From the NCBI GenBank assembly GCA_965541585.1, contig CBEUCH010000007.1, forward strand, positions 64,001 to 128,000: DNA of 64,000 bases, in the 5' to 3' direction. The notes under the pieces were generated by a model. The model made no database searches. It was not told the origin of the DNA and saw nothing but the letters and a program-made list of their open reading frames with translations. The stretch is from an uncultured bacterium. Lineage in GTDB: Bacteria > Zixibacteria > MSB-5A5 > UBA10806. Of this stretch, positions 49,412 through 59,502 are shown piece after piece. Positions within the stretch are counted from its first letter, which is position 1. Every line of letters begins with the position of its first letter. The translations under genes and the position numbers were made by a program.

Positions 49412-50629
49412 ATGAAAATCCTGGTTATATCACAATACTACCCTCCGGAACCGGGGGCAACATCGAATCGACTTGAAGCCTTTGTTCAGGCAATGATTAA
49501 CAGGGGCCACGAGGTTACTGTTATTTGCGAGTTTCCCAATCATCCAACAGGTCGCCTTTCACCTGATGATAGATGGCGCCTTTTCAGGGTTGAAAATGAA
49601 GACACTCATAAGATCATAAGAACCTTCGTGTTGACCTTTACAAAAAAGAACAATATTAAAAGAATGCTTTTTTATTTATCTTTTGCGCTGTCATCGTTCC
49701 TGGTGGGTATGTTCCTCAAGCGTCGCGATATTGTCTTCGCTTCTTCCCCTCCAATATTCCACGTATATGCTGCAATGCTGGTTGCCATCATGAAACGTTC
49801 TAAATTTGTTCTTGACGTTCGCGATATTTGGCCTGATGCAGCCCAGGAATTTAAAGCAGTTTCCGATAATCGACTATTAAGGTTGGGCGGATATATAGAA
49901 AGAAAATTATATCGAAAAGCGCATCTTATTTTCACAGTGTCAAGGGGTCTTAGAACAAAGATAAGCAAAAGAGGAGGCCATGCAAAAGTAAAAGTGATTT
50001 ACAACGGTTCGAATCTTGATATGCTACAATGGAAGGGGAATATAGAATCTATAAGAAACTCGTTCGGATGGTCGGAAAAACTCATTGTATGTTATGCTGG
50101 CCTCATCGGATTAGGACAGGATTTAATCAGTTTACTACCAGAGATAGCAGAGTTGCCTTCAGGAAAGATTCATTTTGTGTTTATAGGGGACGGTCCAGGG
50201 AAAGAGCCTTTTGATAGGGAAGCGAAGAGGCTAAGAATCCAGAATATCTCGATTATGGATCTTCTGCCGAGGAACCAAGTTATTCCTTATACACATGCAG
50301 TCGATATAATGATGGTAGTGTTAAGAGAATCGAAATTTTTTAGAAGCGCTATACCTTCGAAATTTTTTGATTGTCTCGCTGCGGGAAAGCCGGTCGTCAC
50401 CAATGTGGATGGGGAACTTAGGGAGCTTATGGAAGACAGCAATTCTGGCCTATATTTTACGCTCAACGAGAAAGGATCATTCGCCGGAGCGATAGAATTG
50501 CTGGCTGGAAATCCCCAGTTGCGCGATACAATGGGCAAAAATGGTAAAGAGCTCGTAGCCGATCAGTTCATCAGATTGGATCTTTCGGATACGGCGGTGA
50601 AGATAATCGAAGGCAGTTCTCAATGTTAG
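49412..50629 (+). CDS. Glycosyltransferase family 4 (WbuB-like)
   Basis: QYYPPE, SSPP, DVRDIWP, YAGLIG, PSKFFD..AGKPV. Confidence 0.88.
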   Translation: MKILVISQYYPPEPGATSNRLEAFVQAMINRGHEVTVICEFPNHPTGRLSPDDRWRLFRVENEDTHKIIRTFVLTFTKKNNIKRMLFYLSFALSSFLVGMFLKRRDIVFASSPPIFHVYAAMLVAIMKRSKFVLDVRDIWPDAAQEFKAVSDNRLLRLGGYIERKLYRKAHLIFTVSRGLRTKISKRGGHAKVKVIYNGSNLDMLQWKGNIESIRNSFGWSEKLIVCYAGLIGLGQDLISLLPEIAELPSGKIHFVFIGDGPGKEPFDREAKRLRIQNISIMDLLPRNQVIPYTHAVDIMMVVLRESKFFRSAIPSKFFDCLAAGKPVVTNVDGELRELMEDSNSGLYFTLNEKGSFAGAIELLAGNPQLRDTMGKNGKELVADQFIRLDLSDTAVKIIEGSSQC

Positions 50630-50705
50630 TTCTTGTTATTGCAATGCTGAGGATTTTTCGCTCGAGATCTTCTTTTCTTTCCATGGTGACGAAAGATTTG
50701 AAAGC

Positions 50706-51482
50706 ATGCTGAAAATACTTATTCTTACCACCAACGATCAGGTTTTCCTGCCGCATTTTTTTGATAGAGTGTTTTCGAAGATCGGAATTGAGATTGTGGG
50801 TCTCGCTATAGTAAGTGATCCAAACCTCAGAAGGTTCTTGTTGAAGAGCTTGAAATTTATGGGCATTCTGCAGTTCGCCGGGGAAGTCTCCCGGCAGCTC
50901 AAAATCAGGATAATGGATCTCTTATATACGGTGTTTGCACAATCGAAAAGATCCTCTATAAAAGCGGTTTGCCAAAAATACGACGTTCCCTGCATCTCAG
51001 TCGATAAAGTGAATTCGAGACATTTCCGAAAAACTTTGAAGGACGCAGAAGTTGATCTCCTGGTTTCGGTCGCCTGCCCGCAGATCCTGAAAAAGAAACT
51101 CCTGGATTTACCCTCAAAAGGTTGCATAAACATCCATTATGGATTGCTACCTCATTATAGAGGGTTATACCCATCATTCTGGGTTCTGGCCAATGGTGAA
51201 AAAGAGACGGGGGTTTCGGTTCACTACATGGTTGAGAAGATCGATGCGGGCGATATTCTAGCACAGATAAAAGAGAAAATCGCACCCGATGATACTTTTT
51301 ATTCTCTTGTGAGAAGGTTGAAGACCACGATAGGTCCTGATGCATTACTCCTGGCCGTTGAAAGCATCAGGGAAGATCGAATATCTGTAATCCCGAGTGA
51401 TCCTGATAAGGGATCCTATTTTGCATTTCCAACCAGGAAAGCTATGGCGCGGTTAAGAAAAAACGGTCGAAAGTGGCGGTAA
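50706..51482 (+). CDS. Formyltransferase family (possible sugar N-formyltransferase)
   Basis: INIHYGLLPHYRG, GVSVHYM, IDAGDI. Confidence 0.8.
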   Translation: MLKILILTTNDQVFLPHFFDRVFSKIGIEIVGLAIVSDPNLRRFLLKSLKFMGILQFAGEVSRQLKIRIMDLLYTVFAQSKRSSIKAVCQKYDVPCISVDKVNSRHFRKTLKDAEVDLLVSVACPQILKKKLLDLPSKGCINIHYGLLPHYRGLYPSFWVLANGEKETGVSVHYMVEKIDAGDILAQIKEKIAPDDTFYSLVRRLKTTIGPDALLLAVESIREDRISVIPSDPDKGSYFAFPTRKAMARLRKNGRKWR

Positions 51483-51595
51483 TGAAATTGACTCGGCCGC
51501 GATTTCGAATCTACCTGCATATATATTACAAACTTTGAATTCAATTGCTCCGATCCATCATATCTACTATACTTTATCGATTAGAGGATTGTGGA

Positions 51596-52249
51596 ATGGA
51601 AAGTAAAAGGAACCCGGGGGCAATAGATTATTTTAATAGACGAATTCAGGATTATGACGATATTTACTGTGATGACAAATCCTGGTTTACGTTATTTCTG
51701 AATAAAACCATTCGGGCTTCGGTAAGACGCAGGTTCTATTTTGCTTTCGAAACGCTCGGGGATTTGAACGGAAAATCTGTACTGGATGTTGGCTGCGGGT
51801 CCGGGCGTTACATGTTTGAATCGATCAGGAAAGGGGCAGCACGAGTTGTCGGGATCGACGCGGCTAAGGGAGCGCTGGCCATGGCCGGCAGAATGGCCTC
51901 GGATCACGGAGTCGAGGATCAGGTCGATTTCATCGAAACCGATTTCATGGATTTTGATACGGATAAGAAATTCGATCTAATCTTTGCAGTTGGATACTTC
52001 GATTATATTTTTGATCCGGCAAGACATATGAAAAAAATGATAATGCTATCGGACGGGATAATTTACGCCTCATTTCCCAAATTGTGGTCCCCTTTGTCTG
52101 CCATCAGGAAAATCAGATTGACTCTCAATCGCTGCCCGGTCCGTTACTATACAAAGGGCCGCATCAAGAGAATCATGCGCGAGGCTGATATTACCAATTA
52201 TGAAATCAGGACCATCTTTAGAGATAATATTCTCATAGTCCGCAAATAA
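51596..52249 (+). CDS. Class I SAM-dependent methyltransferase
   Basis: VLDVGCGSG, GID, FDLIFAVG. Confidence 0.85.
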   Translation: MESKRNPGAIDYFNRRIQDYDDIYCDDKSWFTLFLNKTIRASVRRRFYFAFETLGDLNGKSVLDVGCGSGRYMFESIRKGAARVVGIDAAKGALAMAGRMASDHGVEDQVDFIETDFMDFDTDKKFDLIFAVGYFDYIFDPARHMKKMIMLSDGIIYASFPKLWSPLSAIRKIRLTLNRCPVRYYTKGRIKRIMREADITNYEIRTIFRDNILIVRK

Positions 52250-52440
52250 CCTCTGCAACCGGGGTTCATTCAGCGGATCGGGAATCTGGCCGCAATCAAG
52301 AAGTGGCTCGTTATAAGGCCTCAATTTCGGCGGGGGCAGACGGCACTGCCAGCGATAGAAACGGAAAGCTTAGAATTGTGTATCTTTTTTTTCAAAAATG
52401 GATATATTTATTACAGGATACTGTATTATTGGGAGGCACA

Positions 52441-53907
52441 ATGGGTTGGATCAGCCGGATATTACCGATCGTAGGCACAATACTCCTGACATTTTCAATG
52501 GCCCACGCTCAATTTGAAGGAGCCGTCTGGGACACGCTTACAGCGGATACTCTAAGAGACGCATTGAGCAGGCAACCGTTGGCGGCCACCCCCGGAGGCC
52601 TTCATCTGACACATGCCAAAAGCCGGGGTATAGGCAATGGCTGGTCTATTCATTACCGCTTCTTCGACATCGCAGGCGGCTGGAGCGATGATATTATTGT
52701 GGAGTCCGATCTGCCGGCATTCTCGCCGTCGATTGCGGCAAGAGAATTCGATGCTTTCAAGATCGCCATATTCTTCGATGCTTACGGCGATATTTACGGC
52801 AGTATTGCCCATTCGCCATGGGATTCGTGGGATCCTGTCAATCTCACCGATTCGCCCGCCCCTGATCTCGAGCCGACCGTGGCCGTCGATAATGAAGGTT
52901 CGGTGCACGTCGCCTGGATCACTGAAATTGATGGAGAGTACGAGATTGCCTACGGGAAAATGGAAGACGATACTCTGGTCATGGAGATAATCTATGAGTC
53001 GGAGCCCGGCCCGTATGGATCGGGAGCCGCCCCGAAGATAATCACGGTGGATAACCTCCCACAAGTATTCTACAGGGGTGTTAATTCAGGATCTTATCAT
53101 ATTCATCATGCTTTCAGGGAATCGCCGGGCGCACCCTGGGAGATCGGGTTCCTCTATTCCGGTAACACCGACGATTACACCTCATCGGCGGCTGCGGATG
53201 AACTCGGAGATATCCACCTGGCGATTTCCGGCAACGAGGGTTGGGGAATGCCCGGGAGAATTTACTATACGCGGCAGGATAACCAGTCCGGACAATGGAC
53301 GCCTGCCGAGCGGGCCTCGGGCTCATATTCTGTAGTCGAGGGTAGCATTGGGATTACGGATGAGGAATCTGTTTTTATCGTCAGCGCCGGGATATCCGGG
53401 AATTTTTATACTGGCGATATATACCTCTCGAGCGGTATCGATGGCTCGTTTCAGACGGAATTTCTGACTCATTATGAGGACTGCACCGGGCCTTCGATCG
53501 CATTTCTGCCGGGATCTGTCGGGGCTTTAGCGCTGCAAGGGATAATCGGCGAATATAACTCGAATAATATGGAAATTATCAGTTACAGGCCGGAAAGAAC
53601 CAACACCGCGGATAGTGATCTTATGCCTCGCGGTCTCACGGCCGGTTTGAATTATCCAAATCCATTTAATTCAAACACCATTATTATTGCGAGCGGGGAG
53701 TTCTCGGAAAGCACGCCCCTGGAGATTTTTGATCTTCTGGGACGAAAGGTGAGAATGCTTCGAAACTTTGACGGGGACGAGAATTATATCACTTACCGCT
53801 GGGACGGTCTTGACGACAATGGCAGGGTCTGTTCAAACGGGATATATATCTATTTCATTGAGACTCGAAGCTCCTCACTCTCAGGGAAGATGACGCTCCT
53901 GAAGTAG
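52441..53907 (+). CDS. Secreted protein with T9SS type A / FlgD-like C-terminal domain
   Basis: Signal peptide, propeller-like repeats, NYPNPFN..IFDLLGRKVR..WDG..GIYIY..KMTLLK. Confidence 0.8.
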   Translation: MGWISRILPIVGTILLTFSMAHAQFEGAVWDTLTADTLRDALSRQPLAATPGGLHLTHAKSRGIGNGWSIHYRFFDIAGGWSDDIIVESDLPAFSPSIAAREFDAFKIAIFFDAYGDIYGSIAHSPWDSWDPVNLTDSPAPDLEPTVAVDNEGSVHVAWITEIDGEYEIAYGKMEDDTLVMEIIYESEPGPYGSGAAPKIITVDNLPQVFYRGVNSGSYHIHHAFRESPGAPWEIGFLYSGNTDDYTSSAAADELGDIHLAISGNEGWGMPGRIYYTRQDNQSGQWTPAERASGSYSVVEGSIGITDEESVFIVSAGISGNFYTGDIYLSSGIDGSFQTEFLTHYEDCTGPSIAFLPGSVGALALQGIIGEYNSNNMEIISYRPERTNTADSDLMPRGLTAGLNYPNPFNSNTIIIASGEFSESTPLEIFDLLGRKVRMLRNFDGDENYITYRWDGLDDNGRVCSNGIYIYFIETRSSSLSGKMTLLK

Positions 53908-54015
53908 CAGATAGATGGAGGGCATCTTACGGTATGGGGCCGGCGAACTATAAGGCCGGCAAATCAGTTTATTATGATAGAGGGAGTTAAATAAACTTAA
54001 GGTCGGGCACGAGAA

Positions 54016-55011
54016 ATGGCGGAAAAAGAAGATACGATAAAAAAAATAGCCCGGTTCTACCTCTTTTTCGGGCCTAACAACTATAGATTGGACGAAAAAA
54101 TATCGTCGCTTATCAAGGCGGTTATTCCCGCCGGCGCGAAGGCGTTCGACCTGGATAGGTTTGATGGGAAGCGTTGCGACGTTGCGGACCTGCTGAACAG
54201 CCTCTCGACACCTCCTGTCATGAGCCCTTTAAGAGTTGTGGTTTTGAATGACGTGGACCGAATGCCTTCAAAAAAACAAACCGTATTATGCGAATTCCTT
54301 CCCGGGATCCCTGAATATTCTGTCCTGGCCATGACCGCCGCCAAGGCAGACAAAAGATCAAAACTGTTTAAAAAGCTCCTTGCTGAAAAAAAGAAACATT
54401 CATTCGAATATGGGGTACTTACAGAGACCGAGGCTCTGGGATTGATTGCAAAGTTCGCTGCCGATCGGGATAAGATCATAGGATCCCGGATCGCGGAAAC
54501 GATGATCGGGCTTTTTGGAACCGATCCTTATCGACTCGAAAACGAGGTAGAGAAACTGGCGTTGTCAGTAGGTGATAAAAGGGAGATCGAAAAGAAAGAC
54601 TTAGCTTTTATGTCGGGATTTACGAAAGCGGAAACCGCTTACGATCTCCTCGAATTGACTTTCGGAGGACAGATAAAGGAAGCTTTGGAGCTTTGCGGCA
54701 GGGCGCTGGCATCCGGAATGAGCGAAATGCAGATCCTATATATGTTTAAGACTCATCTGGCAGGGCTGAACGCGGCCTATAACTCCAAGGAAATCAAGAC
54801 CTTGATGTCGACCTACAGGATTCCTTATCCGGTCGCCAGGCGATTTCAGGCGGAGTCGAGAAAGATGCGACCGGAGGCGATCCTGAATGGCTTGAGCCAC
54901 ATATTCAGGGCTGAATATTCGCTAAAATCCGCCAGATTTCCGTCCGGTTATATTATCGAGCTTTTGGTTGAATCTTTATATCTGGCGGTGGCCGGGAATA
55001 AAGTTAAATGA
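54016..55011 (+). CDS. holA: DNA polymerase III subunit delta
   Basis: YLFFG, RVVVL, ADKRSKL, LENEVEKL, AEYSLKS. Confidence 0.8.
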   Translation: MAEKEDTIKKIARFYLFFGPNNYRLDEKISSLIKAVIPAGAKAFDLDRFDGKRCDVADLLNSLSTPPVMSPLRVVVLNDVDRMPSKKQTVLCEFLPGIPEYSVLAMTAAKADKRSKLFKKLLAEKKKHSFEYGVLTETEALGLIAKFAADRDKIIGSRIAETMIGLFGTDPYRLENEVEKLALSVGDKREIEKKDLAFMSGFTKAETAYDLLELTFGGQIKEALELCGRALASGMSEMQILYMFKTHLAGLNAAYNSKEIKTLMSTYRIPYPVARRFQAESRKMRPEAILNGLSHIFRAEYSLKSARFPSGYIIELLVESLYLAVAGNKVK

Positions 55012-55040
55012 TGACTGTATAACTCTTGAGGGAAAGACCA

Positions 55041-55640
55041 GTGATGAGAAAAGGCGCCGGAGAGCGCGAAGACCAGATTTTGATCGGCAAGGTTCTCGAA
55101 GGTGATACGAGGGCATTCGAGAGACTGGTAGAAAAGTATAAAAAACGGATCTACTATCTCGCTTATAGAATGACCCGCGATCATGACAGCGCCGATGAAT
55201 TAGCACAGGAGAGTTTCGTGAAGGCTTATCAGGCGATGTCGGGATTTAAACCGGGCCATAGCTTTTACACCTGGATCTACCGGATCTGTGTCAACCTCTC
55301 CATTAACTTCATCAAACGGGAGAAGCAGAATGTCTCGGCAGATTTTCTGCGTGATTCGGGAATCGCCATTGACCGTAGTAGTGAATCGAATCAGCTTGAA
55401 CGTATGATAGCCTCAGAGCAGGCTGCCATCGTCAAGGAAGCGCTGAACGGACTTCCCGCGGATCAAAAGGCGGTATTTATACTTAAAACTTATGACGATA
55501 TGTCTTATGAACAGATGGCGGAGGTCATGGATTGCTCCATGGGCACAGTGATGTCGCGGCTTTTTCGCGCACGTCACAAGCTCAGAAAAGCGCTTGAAAT
55601 GACTGAGTCCGAAAAGGATTTTGACGATGAGAGAATGTAG
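55041..55640 (+). CDS. ECF sigma-70 factor
   Basis: Region 2 (DELAQESFVKAY..FYTWIYRI.VN) and region 4 (MSYEQMA..GTVMSRLFRAR). Confidence 0.92.
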   Translation: MMRKGAGEREDQILIGKVLEGDTRAFERLVEKYKKRIYYLAYRMTRDHDSADELAQESFVKAYQAMSGFKPGHSFYTWIYRICVNLSINFIKREKQNVSADFLRDSGIAIDRSSESNQLERMIASEQAAIVKEALNGLPADQKAVFILKTYDDMSYEQMAEVMDCSMGTVMSRLFRARHKLRKALEMTESEKDFDDERM

Positions 55641-56613
55641 ATATAAAAAGAGACTTCAAATATATCTCGATGGCTGGATGGACGATAAGGAGGCCAGACG
55701 CCTCGAGGTGCATCTCAAGCGGTGTTCCGATTGCCAGACCGAGATGGTCGAGTTGGAGGAAGTCGCGTCGGCGGCTCTGGAGATAGTGGATCAGGCGCCC
55801 GATTTCAATTACTGGAAAAATTTCCCCGCCCGCGTTCTTAACCGTATTATTTCCAGAGACGTAAGCCCTTATGAGCAGAAGCAGAAGCCGGCGAGAAGCC
55901 TTCGGCTGAAGATCGGGTCATATACCGTGGCGATCACGGCGCTGGCGGCCGCTACATTGCTTATCTTTAATTACGCGAGCTGGTCGCCTGATGTCCCCGA
56001 CGCCGGGGTTCGAGATGTAGTGGGAGTCGCCGACCAGATTGCCGAAACGGAGTTAGCAGAGCCGACAATATTTACCGCAGAGGAGTCTGATAGACCGACT
56101 GTTAATGATGAATCGAAGAGCATATCTGCCGGGCAGCCAGGCTTGCCGGTGGATGAAAAGCCATTGCCGAATATGGTGCTGAACTCCGTAGTGGGTAACG
56201 AGATAGAGGAAAAACCCACCCTGCCTTCGCAGGCCGAATTGGCGTCGCAATCTGATTATGATCTCAGTGCGGTTTTCCGGAGACCGGCCTTATTTGGACG
56301 AGCGTCATTGAAGCTTGATGACGATTATAATTTTCTCGACAGACTGATGACCGCTTATAGCGGGAGGGTGGCCAACAGCTATAGTATCAGTCCAGCAGTA
56401 TTGGCCGAGCGGATTCTTTCGGGCTATACCTTTCGAGATATCAACAGGATGGATAATGGTATTTACGGGCCACTGGATATCGGGCCGTTCCCCGGTTTGA
56501 ACGGCGACCGTTTGTCATCGGGATGGGGATATTTGAGTCTCCCGGACGATACGTCAAATACTGAAGAGCTGCGGAAATATCTGATTGAACTCGAATTGAT
56601 GCAGGCTAAATGA
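55627..56613 (+). CDS. Zinc-binding anti-sigma factor (zf-HC2) with TM helix
   Basis: YLDG..HLKRCSDC, single TM; overlaps the sigma gene. Confidence 0.8.
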   Translation: MRECRYKKRLQIYLDGWMDDKEARRLEVHLKRCSDCQTEMVELEEVASAALEIVDQAPDFNYWKNFPARVLNRIISRDVSPYEQKQKPARSLRLKIGSYTVAITALAAATLLIFNYASWSPDVPDAGVRDVVGVADQIAETELAEPTIFTAEESDRPTVNDESKSISAGQPGLPVDEKPLPNMVLNSVVGNEIEEKPTLPSQAELASQSDYDLSAVFRRPALFGRASLKLDDDYNFLDRLMTAYSGRVANSYSISPAVLAERILSGYTFRDINRMDNGIYGPLDIGPFPGLNGDRLSSGWGYLSLPDDTSNTEELRKYLIELELMQAK

Positions 56614-56638
56614 TTTCAGCTGTTTTTCCGATTTTTGT

Positions 56639-56667
56639 TTGATAAAGAACCCATAAAAATATATATT
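56639..56667 (+). promoter_or_regulatory. Putative sigma70 promoter of the pgs operon
   Basis: TTGATA-17 nt-TATATT. Confidence 0.5.
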
Positions 56668-56705
56668 AACCGCTTGTCATATTTGGAAGGACTTTGATCT
56701 TTCGT

Positions 56706-57878
56706 ATGTGGGTAATAGTCGTCTTACTTTTAATTCTGGTTGTCTACGGTTTCTGGGAGTTCCGCAGTCACCAGTTTCATTTGAATCAAATTCCGATGAG
56801 GATTCATATCAACGGGACTCGCGGGAAATCGTCGGTGGCGAGGTTCATAGCGGCCGGGCTAAGCGGCGACGGTCGAAAGGTATTTGCCAAAACAACCGGA
56901 ACTAAGGCGCGGATGATTTTTGTTGATGGCAATGAAGTTCCTGTATTACGAGTGGGGAGGGCAAACATCATTGAGCAGACCAGGATCGTAGCCAGGGCCG
57001 CGAAGCAGGAACCGGATTATTTGGTGACCGAATGTATGGGGGTGCAGCCGCACTTGCAGGAATTACTGGAACGACAATTCATTAGATCCCATATAGGCAT
57101 CATAACAAATGTCCGGGCGGATCATCTCGATAACATGGGGCCAACTTTGAGAGAAGTGGCGCATTCCATGTCAAATACCATACCGCCCAACGGCTTGTTG
57201 TTTACTGCGGAAGACAAATACCTGGATATCCTCTCGGAGCGAGCGAAGGCGGTAGGGGCTGAGGTTATCACAGTCAACGACGCCGAGATCACAGATGAGG
57301 AAATGCGGGGATTTTCTTACCTGGCTCATAAGGAAAACGTCGCCATCGCCCTGTCGGTTGTCCAGCATCTTGGCGTCGATAGGGAGAAAGCCTTAAAAAG
57401 CATGCATCATGCTTCGCCCGATCCAGGAGTTGTAAGGCGTTATGAGATCGAGATTCATGACAAGAGAATAGAATTTGTTAGCGCCTTTGCGGCCAACGAT
57501 CCCGACAGCCTGCTTGCTATCTGGGATCTGTTAAAGATCCACCATGAGCCGGGAAAGACTCTGATAGTGTTGGTGAATTCCAGGAAAGACCGTATCCAGA
57601 GGGCCGAACAACTTGGCGAATTCATTACATCTCATCTGGATGCGGATTATTATGTAATTACCGGCGAATATACCCGGCCGTTAATGGCCAGAGCTATCGT
57701 CTGCGGGATGCCGCATAACAAGATCGAGGATCTCGGCGGCAGGTCTCTGGAGGCGATCTTCAATAGCGTTGTCAGTCTGGCCTCGGAAAAAACCCTGGTT
57801 TTCGGCATCGGCAACATGGTTGGATTCGGCGAGGAGATCGTGGAGTATTTTATGGAAAGGGGACGGGAGATTGTCTGA
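56706..57878 (+). CDS. pgsB: Poly-gamma-glutamate synthase
   Basis: IHINGTRGKSS, AKTTGT, NIIEQ, ECM, TNVRADHLD.MGP, FAANDP (start may be TTG 56694). Confidence 0.93.
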   Translation: MWVIVVLLLILVVYGFWEFRSHQFHLNQIPMRIHINGTRGKSSVARFIAAGLSGDGRKVFAKTTGTKARMIFVDGNEVPVLRVGRANIIEQTRIVARAAKQEPDYLVTECMGVQPHLQELLERQFIRSHIGIITNVRADHLDNMGPTLREVAHSMSNTIPPNGLLFTAEDKYLDILSERAKAVGAEVITVNDAEITDEEMRGFSYLAHKENVAIALSVVQHLGVDREKALKSMHHASPDPGVVRRYEIEIHDKRIEFVSAFAANDPDSLLAIWDLLKIHHEPGKTLIVLVNSRKDRIQRAEQLGEFITSHLDADYYVITGEYTRPLMARAIVCGMPHNKIEDLGGRSLEAIFNSVVSLASEKTLVFGIGNMVGFGEEIVEYFMERGREIV

Positions 57879-58335
57879 AATATTGATGATGCAATCGGTA
57901 GGGCTCGGCCTGGTGGTCAGTCTGGTATTTTCAGAAACGCTCGGCCTTGCTGCCGGAGGTATGGTCGTCCCGGGATATATGGCGCTGATGATTCATGATC
58001 CCGGCCGGATCGTGGGTACTGTCCTGGTAAGCCTGTTAACATATTATTTTATCAGGCTGCTTTCCAATTACATGTTTATTTATGGCCGGCGTCGCACAGT
58101 CGTTATCATAATAGTGGGATTCCTTTTCGGCTGGCTTTCGAGAGAATTTCTCATGATCGGGCTCCCGGATGGTCAGACGCTGGAGTTTCAGGCGATAGGA
58201 TATATTATTCCCGGTCTTATAGCCAACTGGATGGAGAGGCAGGGAGTCCTGGAAACGATCACCACCATGATCGTAGCGGCAGTGGTTGTCAGGTTGCTTC
58301 TGATGATATTTATGGGAGGCAGGGTATTGGCATGA
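57871..58335 (+). CDS. pgsC: Poly-gamma-glutamate biosynthesis protein
   Basis: GLAAGGMVVPGY, YGRRR, IGYIIPGLIA..RQG. Confidence 0.92.
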   Translation: MSEILMMQSVGLGLVVSLVFSETLGLAAGGMVVPGYMALMIHDPGRIVGTVLVSLLTYYFIRLLSNYMFIYGRRRTVVIIIVGFLFGWLSREFLMIGLPDGQTLEFQAIGYIIPGLIANWMERQGVLETITTMIVAAVVVRLLLMIFMGGRVLA

Positions 58336-59501
58336 GACCGCGCGGTCGCAACCCGTCAAAACGGCTGCTGATAGCCGTGGCTTTGTTTTCGATTTTGATG
58401 TTCTATCTGGCCGAGGGCACAAAGCAGCAGAAACAGGCGCCATATTGGGATCTCAAAAACCGGGTCGCCAATCTCGATCAGAGGGCCCAGGATTTAATAC
58501 GTCAGAAAATCGAAGATCTCGGTATCCCGATCGATTTCGAGAACGATCCGAATGGGACAGGACTGATAGGTGAGCAGTATACACTGATTACTACAGACCG
58601 TGGCGAGTTGAGGAGCAAATTGATAGCCACCAACCCTAATTTCGGTGCGGCGATGGTTGCGATGTTCAAAAAGAGCAATCTAAAGCGGGGAGATCTGATA
58701 GCCGTCAGCATAACCGGCTCTTTCCCCGGAGCAAATATTGCCCTCTACAGCGCCTGCGAGGTCATGGGCATCGAACCGATCGTGATAACCTCTCTGGGAG
58801 CGTCCAACTGGGGGGCCAACCATCCCGACTTCACCTGGCTCGACATGGAACGGACTCTATACGAGGCGAAATTGATCTCCTTCCGTTCAGTTGCCTCCTC
58901 GCTTGGTGGCGGTACCGATAACGGCCGCGGGCTTTCGATTCAGGGTCGCCGGCTGCTTCTGGACGCGATAACGCGCAACGATATCGAATTGATTTTCAGC
59001 GGTAACATAGAAAACATCATGGAGGCAAAAGGTTCACTCAAAAGCAATATTAACAGGCGAATGGAGATATATACCGAGAAGAGCAAAGGGCGTCGATACG
59101 CGGCTTATGTCAATATTGGCGGCGGGCTGGCATCGCTGGGTTCGTCGCAGAACGGAAGACTCATCCCATCCGGAGTCAATTTCGATCTCCACCGCAGGAA
59201 TTTTCCAGCGCGCGGCGTTATTAACATGATGGCTGAAAGAAAAATCCCCGTCATTCATTTGTTGCGTCTGGGTGAAATCGCCAGCGAGTACGGTCTTCCG
59301 ATTGATGTCGTTCCCGCACCGATTGTTGGTGAAGGGCCTATCTTCTATCGCGATGAGTATTCGCTGTCCTCTACGATAATTTATGCTGGAATTTTGATCG
59401 TGTTCGTAGTCGCTGCGATCAGAATTGATATTAAATACTATCTAAAAAAGCAAACCCAAATACTGTTTCCTCCGCGGAGGAACGATGATCCGGAGCTGTG
59501 A
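58332..59501 (+). CDS. pgsW: Poly-gamma-glutamate system protein
   Basis: DPNGTGLIG, TNPNF, TGSFPG.NIA, GASNWGAN, NIGG, PVIHL; follows pgsC. Confidence 0.82.
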   Translation: MRPRGRNPSKRLLIAVALFSILMFYLAEGTKQQKQAPYWDLKNRVANLDQRAQDLIRQKIEDLGIPIDFENDPNGTGLIGEQYTLITTDRGELRSKLIATNPNFGAAMVAMFKKSNLKRGDLIAVSITGSFPGANIALYSACEVMGIEPIVITSLGASNWGANHPDFTWLDMERTLYEAKLISFRSVASSLGGGTDNGRGLSIQGRRLLLDAITRNDIELIFSGNIENIMEAKGSLKSNINRRMEIYTEKSKGRRYAAYVNIGGGLASLGSSQNGRLIPSGVNFDLHRRNFPARGVINMMAERKIPVIHLLRLGEIASEYGLPIDVVPAPIVGEGPIFYRDEYSLSSTIIYAGILIVFVVAAIRIDIKYYLKKQTQILFPPRRNDDPEL

Positions 59502-59502
59502 G

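Noticed and set aside
50623..50712. 29-aa micro-ORF bridging the GT4 and formyltransferase genes
   Set aside because: Overlaps both neighbours but lacks an SD or any motif; may be chance
57769..57870. Extended pgsC N-terminus from the ORF track
   Set aside because: Overlaps pgsB by over 100 nt; TTG 57871 or ATG 57886 fits the family length better
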